A stretch of 23,336 bases of DNA from Calditrichia bacterium (GTDB lineage Bacteria; Calditrichota; Calditrichia; RBG-13-44-9), in the NCBI GenBank assembly GCA_037381445.1, contig JARRQT010000017.1:1-23336 (forward strand), written 5' to 3'. The notes under the pieces are model-generated. The model was not told the origin of the DNA. It was given only the letters and a program-made list of their open reading frames with translations, and did no database searches. The position numbers were made by a program, and so were the translations under genes. Shown here piece after piece: positions 8,445-18,050 of this stretch. Each line of letters starts with the position of its first letter. Within the stretch, counting starts at the first letter, position 1.

Positions 8445-9642
8445 TGTTCAGCTCCGTTTTAATTTTCATTTCCACCTGATCTATGAATTCAGTAACTCCC
8501 CCTGCATAGCTGCCGCCGCCCTGCATTAGATTCTCCTTCCCACCGCCTTTGCCCTGAATCAGGGACAACAGCGGCTTCACAATGGGCAGCAGATTGATGC
8601 GCTCTCCGGCAGAATGGCCAATGACCCAGCGCACCTGCGTGTCCTTTGCTCCAATTGCCGCGGCCACAGTGCCGGGAACGGAAGTGGCTTCAGCCACAAA
8701 AGTTTTGAGCATATTACTGTCTGTTTCATCAAATACCTGGTGAACCAGCTTTACGCCTCGGTGATCGCTGGCATTCATCACCGAAATTTTAGCCTGATTC
8801 GCCATAAAATCTGACTGCACTTTCGCCAGCTCTCTCTGTTTCTCCTTAATCTGAGACTGCAGATCCATGACCCGCTGGATAATCTCGTCTTCGCTGCAAG
8901 TCAGCGCCTGCAGGAGCTGCTGGACCAATACCGTTTTCTGCCCATAATCCTGAAGGGCCCTCCTGCCGATCTTTGCCCGAAGTCTGAGATGGCCTCTTAT
9001 TTTTTCCGTTCCGATTATTTTCAGCAATCCCACTTCTCCGGTGCGTGATACGTGGGTCCCACCGCAGGCAGAAAGATCAAAATTTTCGATCTCAACAATA
9101 CGCACCTTTTCCACATCGGGCGGGGGCTTCCGGATATTATATTGAGAAACCTGCTCGGGATTTACCAAGACGATTTTCACGGGAACATTCCGATTGATCA
9201 CTTCATTCGCCATCTCTTCCGCCAGTTGCAGGTCTTTTTCTGCAACATTTTCCGAGTCAGTTTCCACGGTGGTGTAACTGTCCCCGAAATGCACCGAAGC
9301 CGTTTTATAATTGCCAATCCTCTCCAGGCACTGGGAAAGGATATGCTGGCCGGTATGCTGCTGCATGAAATCCAGCCGGCGTTCCCGGTCCACGTTTCCT
9401 TCAACGGGTCCCCGCGCAAGCGGCGTGCTTATGAAATGGACAATCCGGTTGTTTCGTATCTGAACATCGGTAACTTCCGCCTCGCCCAGCCATCCGCGAT
9501 CTGAGGGCTGGCCGCCCCCTTCAGGATAAAAACAGGTTCGGTCCAGCACAACCCCCAAACGACCATCTTCTTCAATCGTATCAAGCACATTCGCCTGGAA
9601 AGCAAACTCATAGGGATTTTTATAATACAGCCTTTCAGTCAT
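8437..9642 (-). CDS. Free-standing alanyl-tRNA editing protein (AlaX, large form with DHHA1 domain)
   Basis: 401 aa with LDRTCFYPEGGGQPSD, the zinc ligands QQHTGQH and CGGTH, and C-terminal GKGGG...QGG. SD GAGGAG. Confidence 0.93.
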   Translation of the reverse strand: MTERLYYKNPYEFAFQANVLDTIEEDGRLGVVLDRTCFYPEGGGQPSDRGWLGEAEVTDVQIRNNRIVHFISTPLARGPVEGNVDRERRLDFMQQHTGQHILSQCLERIGNYKTASVHFGDSYTTVETDSENVAEKDLQLAEEMANEVINRNVPVKIVLVNPEQVSQYNIRKPPPDVEKVRIVEIENFDLSACGGTHVSRTGEVGLLKIIGTEKIRGHLRLRAKIGRRALQDYGQKTVLVQQLLQALTCSEDEIIQRVMDLQSQIKEKQRELAKVQSDFMANQAKISVMNASDHRGVKLVHQVFDETDSNMLKTFVAEATSVPGTVAAAIGAKDTQVRWVIGHSAGERINLLPIVKPLLSLIQGKGGGKENLMQGGGSYAGGVTEFIDQVEMKIKTELNNE

Positions 9643-9765
9643 TTCTCCTCGTCCATGATTTTAACCTAATGTAAGGGATTTCCACGAAAAATCAAACATA
9701 TAAACTTGATTTTTTAAATTCAATTGTGAATGTTGAATTATTTGCATTAATTGAAGTGACAATTT

Positions 9766-11694
9766 TTAAAGAAGGAATACGCCGGAAATATGCACAATCC
9801 AGGCAAGCACCAATGCTATGGAAAGGGTAATTCCTACCGTGATTAACATCCAGTTTCGGTTCAACTCTTTGGAAAGTACAGCCATGGTTGCCACGCAGGG
9901 AATATAAAAGGTAACAAAGATCGTGAACGTAAGAATCTGGGTCGTGGTAAGCACGGAAATAACCGCCGTGGTTCCCAGCGCCTGGGTCAGCATAATAAGC
10001 GACAATTCCTTTCGCAGGACGCCGAATATGAGTGTGGTGCCAACTACCATGGGCAAACCCAAGAATGCAGTAAGCGGAGAAAGCGCCAGATTTGTCCAGT
10101 GATCGAGGCTGAAATATTCCATCATTCCCAGTATCAAACTGCCGGCAATCAGGAGCGGCCAGGCCACAGTGATAAATTCCTTAATCCGGAACCAGGTTTT
10201 CTTTTTGATCACGTTAAATGACGGCATCCGATAAGGAGGAATCTCGAGCACCATTCCCGGGGAAACCTCCGGCATCAGGTGGGACAATATTTTTCCGGAG
10301 GAAGCAATCACAAAAATATTGAAGAGATAAATGAAGAATGCCCACAACGGTCCCAGATAAAAGGCCACCAGCCCGAAAATAACCACCGAGCGGGCCGAGC
10401 AGGGGACCATACTGGCAATGACGCCGGCAATAATTTTATCGCGGCGGGAAGGCAGGATACGGGTGGCCATAACAGCCGGCACATTGCATCCGTATCCCAA
10501 AACGACCGGAATTACTGCGGTACCGTGCAGGCCGATACGATGCATAAATGCATCCATCAGAAATGCAACCCGGGGCATGTAGCCCATGTCTTCCAGCAGT
10601 GTTAATCCCACCAGGAAAGGGATCAGATAGGGAAGTACAATTGCCACGCCCCCGCTGATTCCCCAAAGCAATGCTTTAACAAGATGAAACGAAAATCCAT
10701 TCGAATCCAGATAGAGCGGCAGAACCGCATTTATTTTATCAAAACCGGAAAGCAGAAATCCTTCAACAATGGCACCAAATTCAAACACGCCATAAAAGAA
10801 GGCTACCAGAACGCCGACTAAAATCACGTATCCGGCGATCTTGTGCATTACGATATCATCTATTTTTTCCCGCCAGTCCCGCACGGGGTGCCCGATTTTC
10901 ACGACCTGTCCGAAAATATCCATCGCAGTGGTGTGCCGCTCCAAAACGAGTACTGTGTCCTGCGGCTTGCCCCGCAACTGTACCAGCCGGTTTTGCAGTT
11001 TTCTTATTTTATGTGAAAGATGGGTTCCATTTTCACCCGCAACCGATTTCAGGAAATAATCATCATCCTCAAGAAGTTTCGTTGCCAGAAACCTGTGGGG
11101 ATAGGGATTATTCAACAACAGATTCTCCCTGAGATAACCTTCCAATTCCCCGATGACTTCTTCAACATCTTTCTGGCAGCGGATTCTCTTTCTTTCCGGT
11201 TGCTGTGAGTTTTTTATGATATTTTTGACCGCATAAAACAGTTCACGCACACCAAGGTTTTTGCTGGCAATAGTGGTGAGAACCTTTATTCCAAGAATAC
11301 CTGATAATTCGGAAGTATTAATATCAATTCCCTTGCGCCGGGCTTCGTCATACATGTTAAGGGCCAAAACCATGGGCACATCAAGCTCCATCAGCTCCAG
11401 GGTCAACGGCAGACTTCTTCCCAACTGCGAGGCATCGATAACGTTAATAATCAGATCGATATTGCTCGATACCAGGTATTCTCTGACTTCCGCTTCGGCA
11501 TCGTTAGTTGCGGAGAGGGAATACGTTCCCGGAAAGTCAATGAGTTCAAAAACGTCTCCGTTTACCCGTACCCGGCTTTCCGTATACTTAACGGTGGTAC
11601 CGGGCAGGTTCGATGTTTCCGATTTATAGCCGGCAACCGAATTGAACAGCGTGCTTTTGCCTGCATTTGGCTGTCCCACCAAGGCAATCTTCAT
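9766..11694 (-). CDS. feoB: Ferrous iron transporter FeoB
   Basis: 642 aa with G1 GQPNAGKS, G2 PGTT, G3 DFPG and G4 NMYD. Membrane domain LEDMGYMPR, GCNVPA, PCSAR, YIPC. Confidence 0.96.
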   Translation of the reverse strand: MKIALVGQPNAGKSTLFNSVAGYKSETSNLPGTTVKYTESRVRVNGDVFELIDFPGTYSLSATNDAEAEVREYLVSSNIDLIINVIDASQLGRSLPLTLELMELDVPMVLALNMYDEARRKGIDINTSELSGILGIKVLTTIASKNLGVRELFYAVKNIIKNSQQPERKRIRCQKDVEEVIGELEGYLRENLLLNNPYPHRFLATKLLEDDDYFLKSVAGENGTHLSHKIRKLQNRLVQLRGKPQDTVLVLERHTTAMDIFGQVVKIGHPVRDWREKIDDIVMHKIAGYVILVGVLVAFFYGVFEFGAIVEGFLLSGFDKINAVLPLYLDSNGFSFHLVKALLWGISGGVAIVLPYLIPFLVGLTLLEDMGYMPRVAFLMDAFMHRIGLHGTAVIPVVLGYGCNVPAVMATRILPSRRDKIIAGVIASMVPCSARSVVIFGLVAFYLGPLWAFFIYLFNIFVIASSGKILSHLMPEVSPGMVLEIPPYRMPSFNVIKKKTWFRIKEFITVAWPLLIAGSLILGMMEYFSLDHWTNLALSPLTAFLGLPMVVGTTLIFGVLRKELSLIMLTQALGTTAVISVLTTTQILTFTIFVTFYIPCVATMAVLSKELNRNWMLITVGITLSIALVLAWIVHISGVFLL

Positions 11695-11951
11695 ACTTCT
11701 TCGACCAATATTTTTGCGGCCACTCCGCGGCCCACCGCTATTGAAGTGCCGTGATTCTCAATTAGTAACGGACCTGCGAAAGGGGCGTTTCTGCGAATCA
11801 TTACTGTGCTTCCAACCCCTACGCCCAGTTGAGCAAGTATCTGCCGGGCTCCTTTTCCGCCAATGATACTGACTATTTTCACATGCCGATTTGAAGGTAC
11901 TTCCAGCAATGATTTCATTTGCCTGCCGATTTTTTCGATTTCCATTCTCAT
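11691..11951 (-). CDS. feoA: Ferrous iron transport protein FeoA
   Basis: SH3-like FeoA pattern LAQLGVGVGS...APFAGP...IAVGRGVAAKILV, with a 4-bp overlap with feoB. The real start may be the ATG at 11918 (MKSLL...). Confidence 0.92.
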   Translation of the reverse strand: MRMEIEKIGRQMKSLLEVPSNRHVKIVSIIGGKGARQILAQLGVGVGSTVMIRRNAPFAGPLLIENHGTSIAVGRGVAAKILVEEV

Positions 11952-12155
11952 ACAAATTTTATACGAACTAAATTAATATTAAGATTAAGTATCAACAAGT
12001 CCAATCTATTTTTTTATTTGATTCTGTATTAAATAATTTACCTTACGACTTTTGGAATCTTAAACTTTTAGTCCCGATAGGCATTACATCTTATCATGGA
12101 CTTTGTTTATGCGTGAAACTAATATAAATTTGGTAATTTTAAAGCTCGAATAAAT

Positions 12156-14930
12156 ATGGCTGCATTTATTGACATTAAAGGTGCGCGACTTCACAATCTC
12201 AAAAATATTGATGTGAGGATACCACGCGGGAAGCTGGTCGTGGTGACCGGTCCCAGCGGATCGGGCAAATCCAGCCTGGCGTTCGATACACTATATGCAG
12301 AAGGACAACGGCGGTATGTGGAATCGCTTTCCGCCTATGCCCGCCAGTTCCTGGACAAGATGCCCAAACCGGATGTGGAATCAATCACCGGCATTTGCCC
12401 GGCCATCGCCATTCAGCAGAAGGCCCCTTCCGGAACACCCCGCTCCACAGTGGGGACCGTGACCGAAATCTATGACTATCTGCGGCTCCTATTCGCCCGC
12501 ATCGGTGATATCTATTGCTACAACTGCGGAAATCCGGTCAAAAAGGAACAGCCTGATGATGTTATCGCATATATCAGCGACCTGGCCGAAGGCAGCCGGT
12601 TCTTTATCGCCTTTCCGGTTAAAATTGATGCCGGCGACGATTGTAAAGGACTTCAGGAATATTTCGTCTCGCAGGGATTTCTCAGAGTTTGGAAGCGCGG
12701 AAAAATTCTGGATCTTCGGGAGGGGATTATCGAACTTTGCCAGCCGGAAACCTTTGTCATCGTGGACAGGTCGGTGAAATCCGAGTCCATGGACCGTCTG
12801 CGATTAATAGACTCGGTCGAAACCGCATTCCGGCAGGGAGAGGGCTCCATGTATCTGATTGAGGAATCGGGAAAAAAGCGAAATTTCAATCAGCAGTATG
12901 TGTGCAGTCATTGCGGCACTAAAATGATTGAACCGCAGCCCCGGCTTTTTTCTTTCAATAATCCGTTCGGCGCCTGTCCCGGCTGCCAGGGTTTCGGCGA
13001 CATGACTGATATTGATATGAATAAAATTGTTCCTGATCCCGAAAAAAGCCTGCGGCAGGGAGCAATTGCCATCTGGGATACCCCGGCCTACCGCCGCCTT
13101 TACACCAAGCTCATGTACATCGCGCCGCGCTATGGCATCCCGCTGGACAAACCCTACCGGGAGCTGACCGACGAACAGAAAGACATCATCATTTCCGGAA
13201 CCAGGGACTTTGCCGGAATCCTAGGCTTTTTCAACTGGCTGGAAACCAAAAAATATAAGGTCCATGTGCGGGTATTTATCAGCCGATTCCGCAGCTATTT
13301 CACCTGCACGCTCTGCCAGGGAAAGCGGCTCCGCCCGGAAGCCCTTTCGGTCAAGGTCGGCAACAAAAACATCCCGGATCTGGTCACCATGAATATCACG
13401 GGATTAAAACAGTTCTTTGATTCGCTCCAATTAACAGAATACAAAATGAATGTAGCCTCACAGCTCCTCTCCGAGATTCATAAACGCCTGGAGTATCTGA
13501 TTGAAGTGGGACTCGAATATCTGCATCTGGACCGGCGGGCAAACACCCTGAGCGGCGGTGAATTCCAACGCATTAATCTGGCCACCGCCCTGGGATCGTC
13601 GCTTACCGGAACACTCTACGTGCTGGACGAACCCACAGTCGGTCTGCATCCCCGCGACACCAACCGCCTGATAAAGATCCTTCATTCCCTGACCCGGATA
13701 GGGAATACTGCCGTCGTGGTCGAGCACGATCCCTTTGTCATGAGAGAAGCAGATCATCTCATTGACATGGGACCCGCGTCGGGAACGGGCGGAGGCCGAA
13801 TTACTTTCGAAGGAAATTACGCGGACCTGCTGAAGGACAGCAATAGTCTGACAGGCGTCTATTTGCGAAAGGAGAAAACCATCCCCTTCCGAACCGAATT
13901 TCGCAAAGGAAACGGCAAGGCCATCACCATCGTCGGGGCCACCGAACACAATCTGAAAAACATCGATGTTCGCATCCCGCTGGGGAAAATGACCTGCATT
14001 ACGGGCGTTTCCGGATCGGGAAAGAGCACCCTTCTGGAAGAAGTGCTGTACCGCGGATACAAAGCCCGGCGAGGGGAACAGAATGGCAAAGTGGGCGCCC
14101 ACCGGGAAATCCTTGGACTGAAAAATATCTACCGGCTGGAACTGGTGGACCAGTCGCCTATCGGCCGCACGCCCCGCAGCAATCCGGTAACCTATATTAA
14201 AGGGTTTGACGAAATCAGACTGCTTTTCGCTTCCACACCCCTTTCCAGGGCCCACAACTTCAAACCCGGCCATTTTTCCTTTAATGTGAAGGGCGGCCGC
14301 TGCGATGTTTGTGAGGGAGACGGGCACATCAAAATTGAAATGCAATTTCTGGCCGATGTTTATATCGAGTGCGACGCCTGCCATGGCAAACGCTATAAGC
14401 CGGAAGTCCTGAAAGTATTCTACAAAGGCAAAAACATCTATGATGTGCTGGAGCTCAGTGTGGACGAAGCCCTGGAGTTTTTCCGCGATCAGCCCAAAAT
14501 CACCAGAAAGCTGAAAGTGCTGCAAGATGTTGGGCTCGGCTACCTCAAATTGGGTCAGTCGGCCACCACCCTGTCCGGCGGCGAAGCCCAGCGGGTAAAA
14601 CTGGCAGCGCACCTGGCGCAGAAAACCCACCGCGACGTGCTGTTCATATTTGATGAACCCACCACCGGCCTGCATTTTGATGATATCGCCAAACTCCTGC
14701 GGGCATTTGATACGCTCATCGAAAGCGGTGCTTCCGTATTAATTATCGAACACAATCTGGACGTCATACAATATGCGGACTGGATCATCGATTTGGGGCC
14801 CGAAGGAGGAGAAGGCGGTGGACAGCTCGTTGCCGAGGGAACTCCGCCGGAAATCTGCGAAAATCCCCATTCTCATACCGGCCGCTTCCTGAAAGAGCAT
14901 CTCGCGGGATATAACGTCGGCCGGGATTGA
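12156..14930 (+). CDS. uvrA: Excinuclease ABC subunit UvrA
   Basis: 924 aa with two ABC modules (GPSGSGKSS...LSGGE...LDEP and GVSGSGKST...LSGGE...FDEP), EGQRRYVESLS, and several CxxC zinc modules. Confidence 0.97.
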   Translation: MAAFIDIKGARLHNLKNIDVRIPRGKLVVVTGPSGSGKSSLAFDTLYAEGQRRYVESLSAYARQFLDKMPKPDVESITGICPAIAIQQKAPSGTPRSTVGTVTEIYDYLRLLFARIGDIYCYNCGNPVKKEQPDDVIAYISDLAEGSRFFIAFPVKIDAGDDCKGLQEYFVSQGFLRVWKRGKILDLREGIIELCQPETFVIVDRSVKSESMDRLRLIDSVETAFRQGEGSMYLIEESGKKRNFNQQYVCSHCGTKMIEPQPRLFSFNNPFGACPGCQGFGDMTDIDMNKIVPDPEKSLRQGAIAIWDTPAYRRLYTKLMYIAPRYGIPLDKPYRELTDEQKDIIISGTRDFAGILGFFNWLETKKYKVHVRVFISRFRSYFTCTLCQGKRLRPEALSVKVGNKNIPDLVTMNITGLKQFFDSLQLTEYKMNVASQLLSEIHKRLEYLIEVGLEYLHLDRRANTLSGGEFQRINLATALGSSLTGTLYVLDEPTVGLHPRDTNRLIKILHSLTRIGNTAVVVEHDPFVMREADHLIDMGPASGTGGGRITFEGNYADLLKDSNSLTGVYLRKEKTIPFRTEFRKGNGKAITIVGATEHNLKNIDVRIPLGKMTCITGVSGSGKSTLLEEVLYRGYKARRGEQNGKVGAHREILGLKNIYRLELVDQSPIGRTPRSNPVTYIKGFDEIRLLFASTPLSRAHNFKPGHFSFNVKGGRCDVCEGDGHIKIEMQFLADVYIECDACHGKRYKPEVLKVFYKGKNIYDVLELSVDEALEFFRDQPKITRKLKVLQDVGLGYLKLGQSATTLSGGEAQRVKLAAHLAQKTHRDVLFIFDEPTTGLHFDDIAKLLRAFDTLIESGASVLIIEHNLDVIQYADWIIDLGPEGGEGGGQLVAEGTPPEICENPHSHTGRFLKEHLAGYNVGRD

Positions 14931-14976
14931 CGGCTTCGGCTTTCCGGTCCGATTCTCATATCTGCGTGCCGGATTT

Positions 14977-15486
14977 TTAGATTTGAGCATCACCAGCCGA
15001 TGAATCCCGCAGGTTTTTCAGCAATGCCGTAATCTCCTGCGCCGAGGATTCGCTGGCAGAAAAAAAGAGGTCAAATAGGCGGGCTATCTCGCTTTTGGAT
15101 AACTTTGCCGGGTAAACTTCAGAATAATTTCTATAAAATGATAGGAAGGGATTAAGTAATTTCAGTGTATTTTCGGAAAAGATGATCTCAAAAATAATCC
15201 CGCTTTTATGCCCGGCATCCGCTGACAATTTTCTGTTTACCGGTTCAGCCCAGATTTCGAATTCGGCACAGTACTTCCCGATTCGCAGCAAGCGATCCGT
15301 AAAATCATAAAAAAGGCTGGCCAGGCTTCTCAGATGATCTTCCGATTCCAGTATATCCGGGTAGGTGGTCAACTGCTCGAACTCCACATAGAGCTGCGCT
15401 ATAAAATCAATTTCCTGGTCGGCCAGCGACAAAAAATCCGCATATTTTTTTAAATCCGGTCGTGCGCTTGCATTCGTATTTATCAT
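14977..15486 (-). CDS. Hypothetical helical protein, probably a degenerate HepT-like (HEPN/DUF86-related) protein
   Basis: 169 aa with SD GGAG. LRSLASLFYDF..RLLRI and IIFSENTLKLLNPFLSFYRNYSEVY..L resemble HepT-like toxins, but the Rx4H motif is absent. Confidence 0.55.
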   Translation of the reverse strand: MINTNASARPDLKKYADFLSLADQEIDFIAQLYVEFEQLTTYPDILESEDHLRSLASLFYDFTDRLLRIGKYCAEFEIWAEPVNRKLSADAGHKSGIIFEIIFSENTLKLLNPFLSFYRNYSEVYPAKLSKSEIARLFDLFFSASESSAQEITALLKNLRDSSAGDAQI

Positions 15487-15562
15487 TTGCCTGCTCCATC
15501 CAAAGAAAGAAATTCAACAGCAGTGGGGAATATATACCAGCACCGCGAAACGATAAAACGAT

Positions 15563-16657
15563 TTAAAAATTTTTCCCGTAGAAATCGAACAGCGTCATTT
15601 GTCCCGATCGATTTCTTCGGAAGGAAGAAACGGAGAGTTCGGGGGACGGATTGTCCAATCCCGCTTTTCTGGCTGCCACATGAAAAAGGTTCGAAATATA
15701 CTCCGCGTAGTGTCCTTCGCCTCTCATACGGGATTTGAACGCCGAATCGTACAGCTTTCCATTATGCATTTCCCTGATTCTGTTGAGAATCTTTTCTTTC
15801 CTGTCCGGGAAATTCTGATTGAGCCAGGATTCAAAAATTGTTTTGATACCGAAAGGAAGCCTGAGCGTGATATATCCGGCATAACCGGCCCCCGCTCGTT
15901 TAATCTCTTCCAGCAGGGAAGGAATTTCATGGTCGGTCAGACCGGGAATAACCGGAGAGACCAGTACGCCGACAGGAATGCCCGCCTCGGCAAGCTTTCG
16001 TACAGCGTCCAGCCGCCGATGGGGACGGGAGGCACGGGGCTCCATAATTCCTGCCAGGTCAGCGTCCAGGGTAGCAATGCTGATGCAGACGCTGACCGCC
16101 CGAAACCGGTTCAACTCAGTCAGAAGATCGATGTCCCGGCAAATCAACTCATTCTTGGTAATAATATTCACGGGATTCCGGAAACGGGCCAGCACCTCCA
16201 GACAGGCACGGGTAATTTTCAGTTTTCTTTCAATCGGCTGATATGGGTCCGTCACGCCGCAGAGGGCCAGCGGTGTGGGGTGCCAGTTGGCGGCGGACAG
16301 TTCACTCTCCAGCAGCCTGGCGGCATTCTTTTTCACAAAAATTTTTGTTTCAAAATCGAGCCCTGCGGACAACCCCAAATAATTATGGAAGGGCCGGGCG
16401 TAACAATAAACGCAGCCATGCTCGCAGCCCCGGTAGGGATTGATGCTTGCCTCAAATGAAATATCAGGGCTGTCATTATAGGCAATAATCGAGCGGCTGG
16501 CATCTTCATAGAAAATAGTTTCCGCTTTCTCGTCTGTCTCTTCGGAAATGACCTCAGCCAGATATTCAATTTTGTCGAACCTGTTGGCGGGATTGCAGGC
16601 CGTTCCCCGCCCTTTTATCGAGTTTGAAAAAATCAATTTATTGGAAAGACCTGCCAT
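15563..16657 (-). CDS. PA0069/Rv2578c-family radical SAM protein (SplB-like)
   Basis: IKGRG..NPANRF, SINPYRGCEHGCVYCYARP (CxxxCxxC), TDPYQPIE and MEPRAS. ATG at 16657 is preferred over the ORF-track start at 16714. Confidence 0.93.
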   Translation of the reverse strand: MAGLSNKLIFSNSIKGRGTACNPANRFDKIEYLAEVISEETDEKAETIFYEDASRSIIAYNDSPDISFEASINPYRGCEHGCVYCYARPFHNYLGLSAGLDFETKIFVKKNAARLLESELSAANWHPTPLALCGVTDPYQPIERKLKITRACLEVLARFRNPVNIITKNELICRDIDLLTELNRFRAVSVCISIATLDADLAGIMEPRASRPHRRLDAVRKLAEAGIPVGVLVSPVIPGLTDHEIPSLLEEIKRAGAGYAGYITLRLPFGIKTIFESWLNQNFPDRKEKILNRIREMHNGKLYDSAFKSRMRGEGHYAEYISNLFHVAARKAGLDNPSPELSVSSFRRNRSGQMTLFDFYGKNF

Positions 16658-16940
16658 TCCGCCGCCCCAAATCAAGTGAACATATTGACACTTAATATAG
16701 CAACTGAATTTCACCTCCCCAATAAAAAATTCAGAATTTTCGAAATATTCTTAACCGAGACCGGTGAATACGTCAATTCTTTTATTTTTCTGATGCTTTA
16801 ACTTACCAATTATTATAACTTCCGAAGTCGGAACAGGAGCAGGAAATAATTATTCAAGGAACTTAAGTCCTGCTTCTCGGTTTTACCTAATTGTGAAAAA
16901 GCGGGATATGAGCTATAAATGTTCTCTTTTTCATCTAATA

Positions 16941-16969
16941 TTGCTTTTTAACAGAATTTTTTGTAACAT
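16941..16969 (+). promoter_or_regulatory. Probable sigma70-type promoter of the HU operon
   Basis: TTGCTT-N17-TAACAT, followed by SD GGAGG at 16983 and ATG at 16993. Confidence 0.45.
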
Positions 16970-16992
16970 TTCAGACTTTTTTGGAGGAACAC

Positions 16993-17292
16993 ATGACAGT
17001 AACGAAAAGCGATTTAGTGAACCGCCTTTCCGAAGCAACTGGCTGGACAAAAGTTGACGTGGAAATTGTGCTGAATGGTTTGCTGGCCAACATCATTGAA
17101 TCAATCCAGGATGGGGACCGGGTTGAAATACGGGGTTTTGGGAGTTTCTACGCTAAGGAACGCGAGGCGCGTCTCGTTAAAAATCCCAAAACGGAGAAAA
17201 TTGTCCCTGTCGGTCACCGCTTTGTGCCCATTTTCAGACCGGCGAAATATTTCAAGCAAAGCGTAAATCAAAAATTGTTAGAGAAGAAATAG
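16993..17292 (+). CDS. HU/IHF family DNA-binding protein
   Basis: VTKSDLV, VEIRGFGSF, KNPKT and PIFRP motifs. ATG at 16993 follows GGAGG. Confidence 0.95.
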   Translation: MTVTKSDLVNRLSEATGWTKVDVEIVLNGLLANIIESIQDGDRVEIRGFGSFYAKEREARLVKNPKTEKIVPVGHRFVPIFRPAKYFKQSVNQKLLEKK

Positions 17293-17305
17293 GTCTGTTA
17301 TTTAT

Positions 17306-18022
17306 ATGAGTTTTAAATGCCCAAGTTGTGGAAATCAGGTTCCGGCGGAAGCAAGGTTTTGTCCGAAATGCGGGACAGCATTAAAATCCCGGAAGAAGGG
17401 AAAGAGCAAGGCCGAGGCCAAACCCGATCCAAAACCAAAATCCGCGGGAATAAAAGGATATAATTTATTGTTCTTGGTGGCCCTCGTTTCCCTCATCGTG
17501 GTTGGGATATATGGTTACCGGTATATAACCCCGGTCAACACCGCTGATCCCCATGAAAATTCGCAGGGTGCAATGGTTCAGCAGCAGGCGGCCCCGATGG
17601 ATCCCACTACGCTGAACGGCTTGAAGGCGCAGCTGAATGCCAATCCGAACGGCGCTGCAGAAAATATTGAGCTGGCCAATTATTTGTTTGATCACCAGCG
17701 TTTTGATGAAGCGCTCACTTATTATCAAAAAGCGCTAACGATTCAGCCCAATAACGCGGATGTGTTGGTCGATGCCGGCGTCTGTTATTTCAACCATCAG
17801 AATTTTCAGGAAGCGAAGGACTATTTCAACAAGGCCTTGCAGGTCAATCCCAACCATCCCAATGCGCTTTACAATCTGGGGGTGGCTTCTGCCCAGACCG
17901 GTGACATGCAGGATATGTTAAACGCCTGGAAGAAACTTATCGAAGTCGCTCCTGAATCCGGACCGGCTCAAACTGCGAAACAGATGATTGATCAAGTTAA
18001 AAGTTCCATGGGCGGTAACTAG
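17306..18022 (+). CDS. Zinc-ribbon, single transmembrane helix, TPR protein
   Basis: CPSCG...FCPKCG, a basic linker, the hydrophobic stretch LLFLVALVSLIVVGIYGY, and about 3 TPR repeats. Confidence 0.9.
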   Translation: MSFKCPSCGNQVPAEARFCPKCGTALKSRKKGKSKAEAKPDPKPKSAGIKGYNLLFLVALVSLIVVGIYGYRYITPVNTADPHENSQGAMVQQQAAPMDPTTLNGLKAQLNANPNGAAENIELANYLFDHQRFDEALTYYQKALTIQPNNADVLVDAGVCYFNHQNFQEAKDYFNKALQVNPNHPNALYNLGVASAQTGDMQDMLNAWKKLIEVAPESGPAQTAKQMIDQVKSSMGGN

Positions 18023-18050
18023 TAATTAAACATTAACAGGAGGTGATTAC

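Noticed and set aside
11952..12155. Canonical Fur box for feoAB or LexA box for uvrA
   Set aside because: Only short AT-rich palindromes such as TTAATATTAA are present, with no good match to GATAATGATAATCATTATC, CTGT-N8-ACAG or GAAC-N4-GTTC.
13458..14675. 405-aa antisense ORF inside uvrA
   Set aside because: This is a shadow ORF opposite a conserved gene and has no recognisable motifs.
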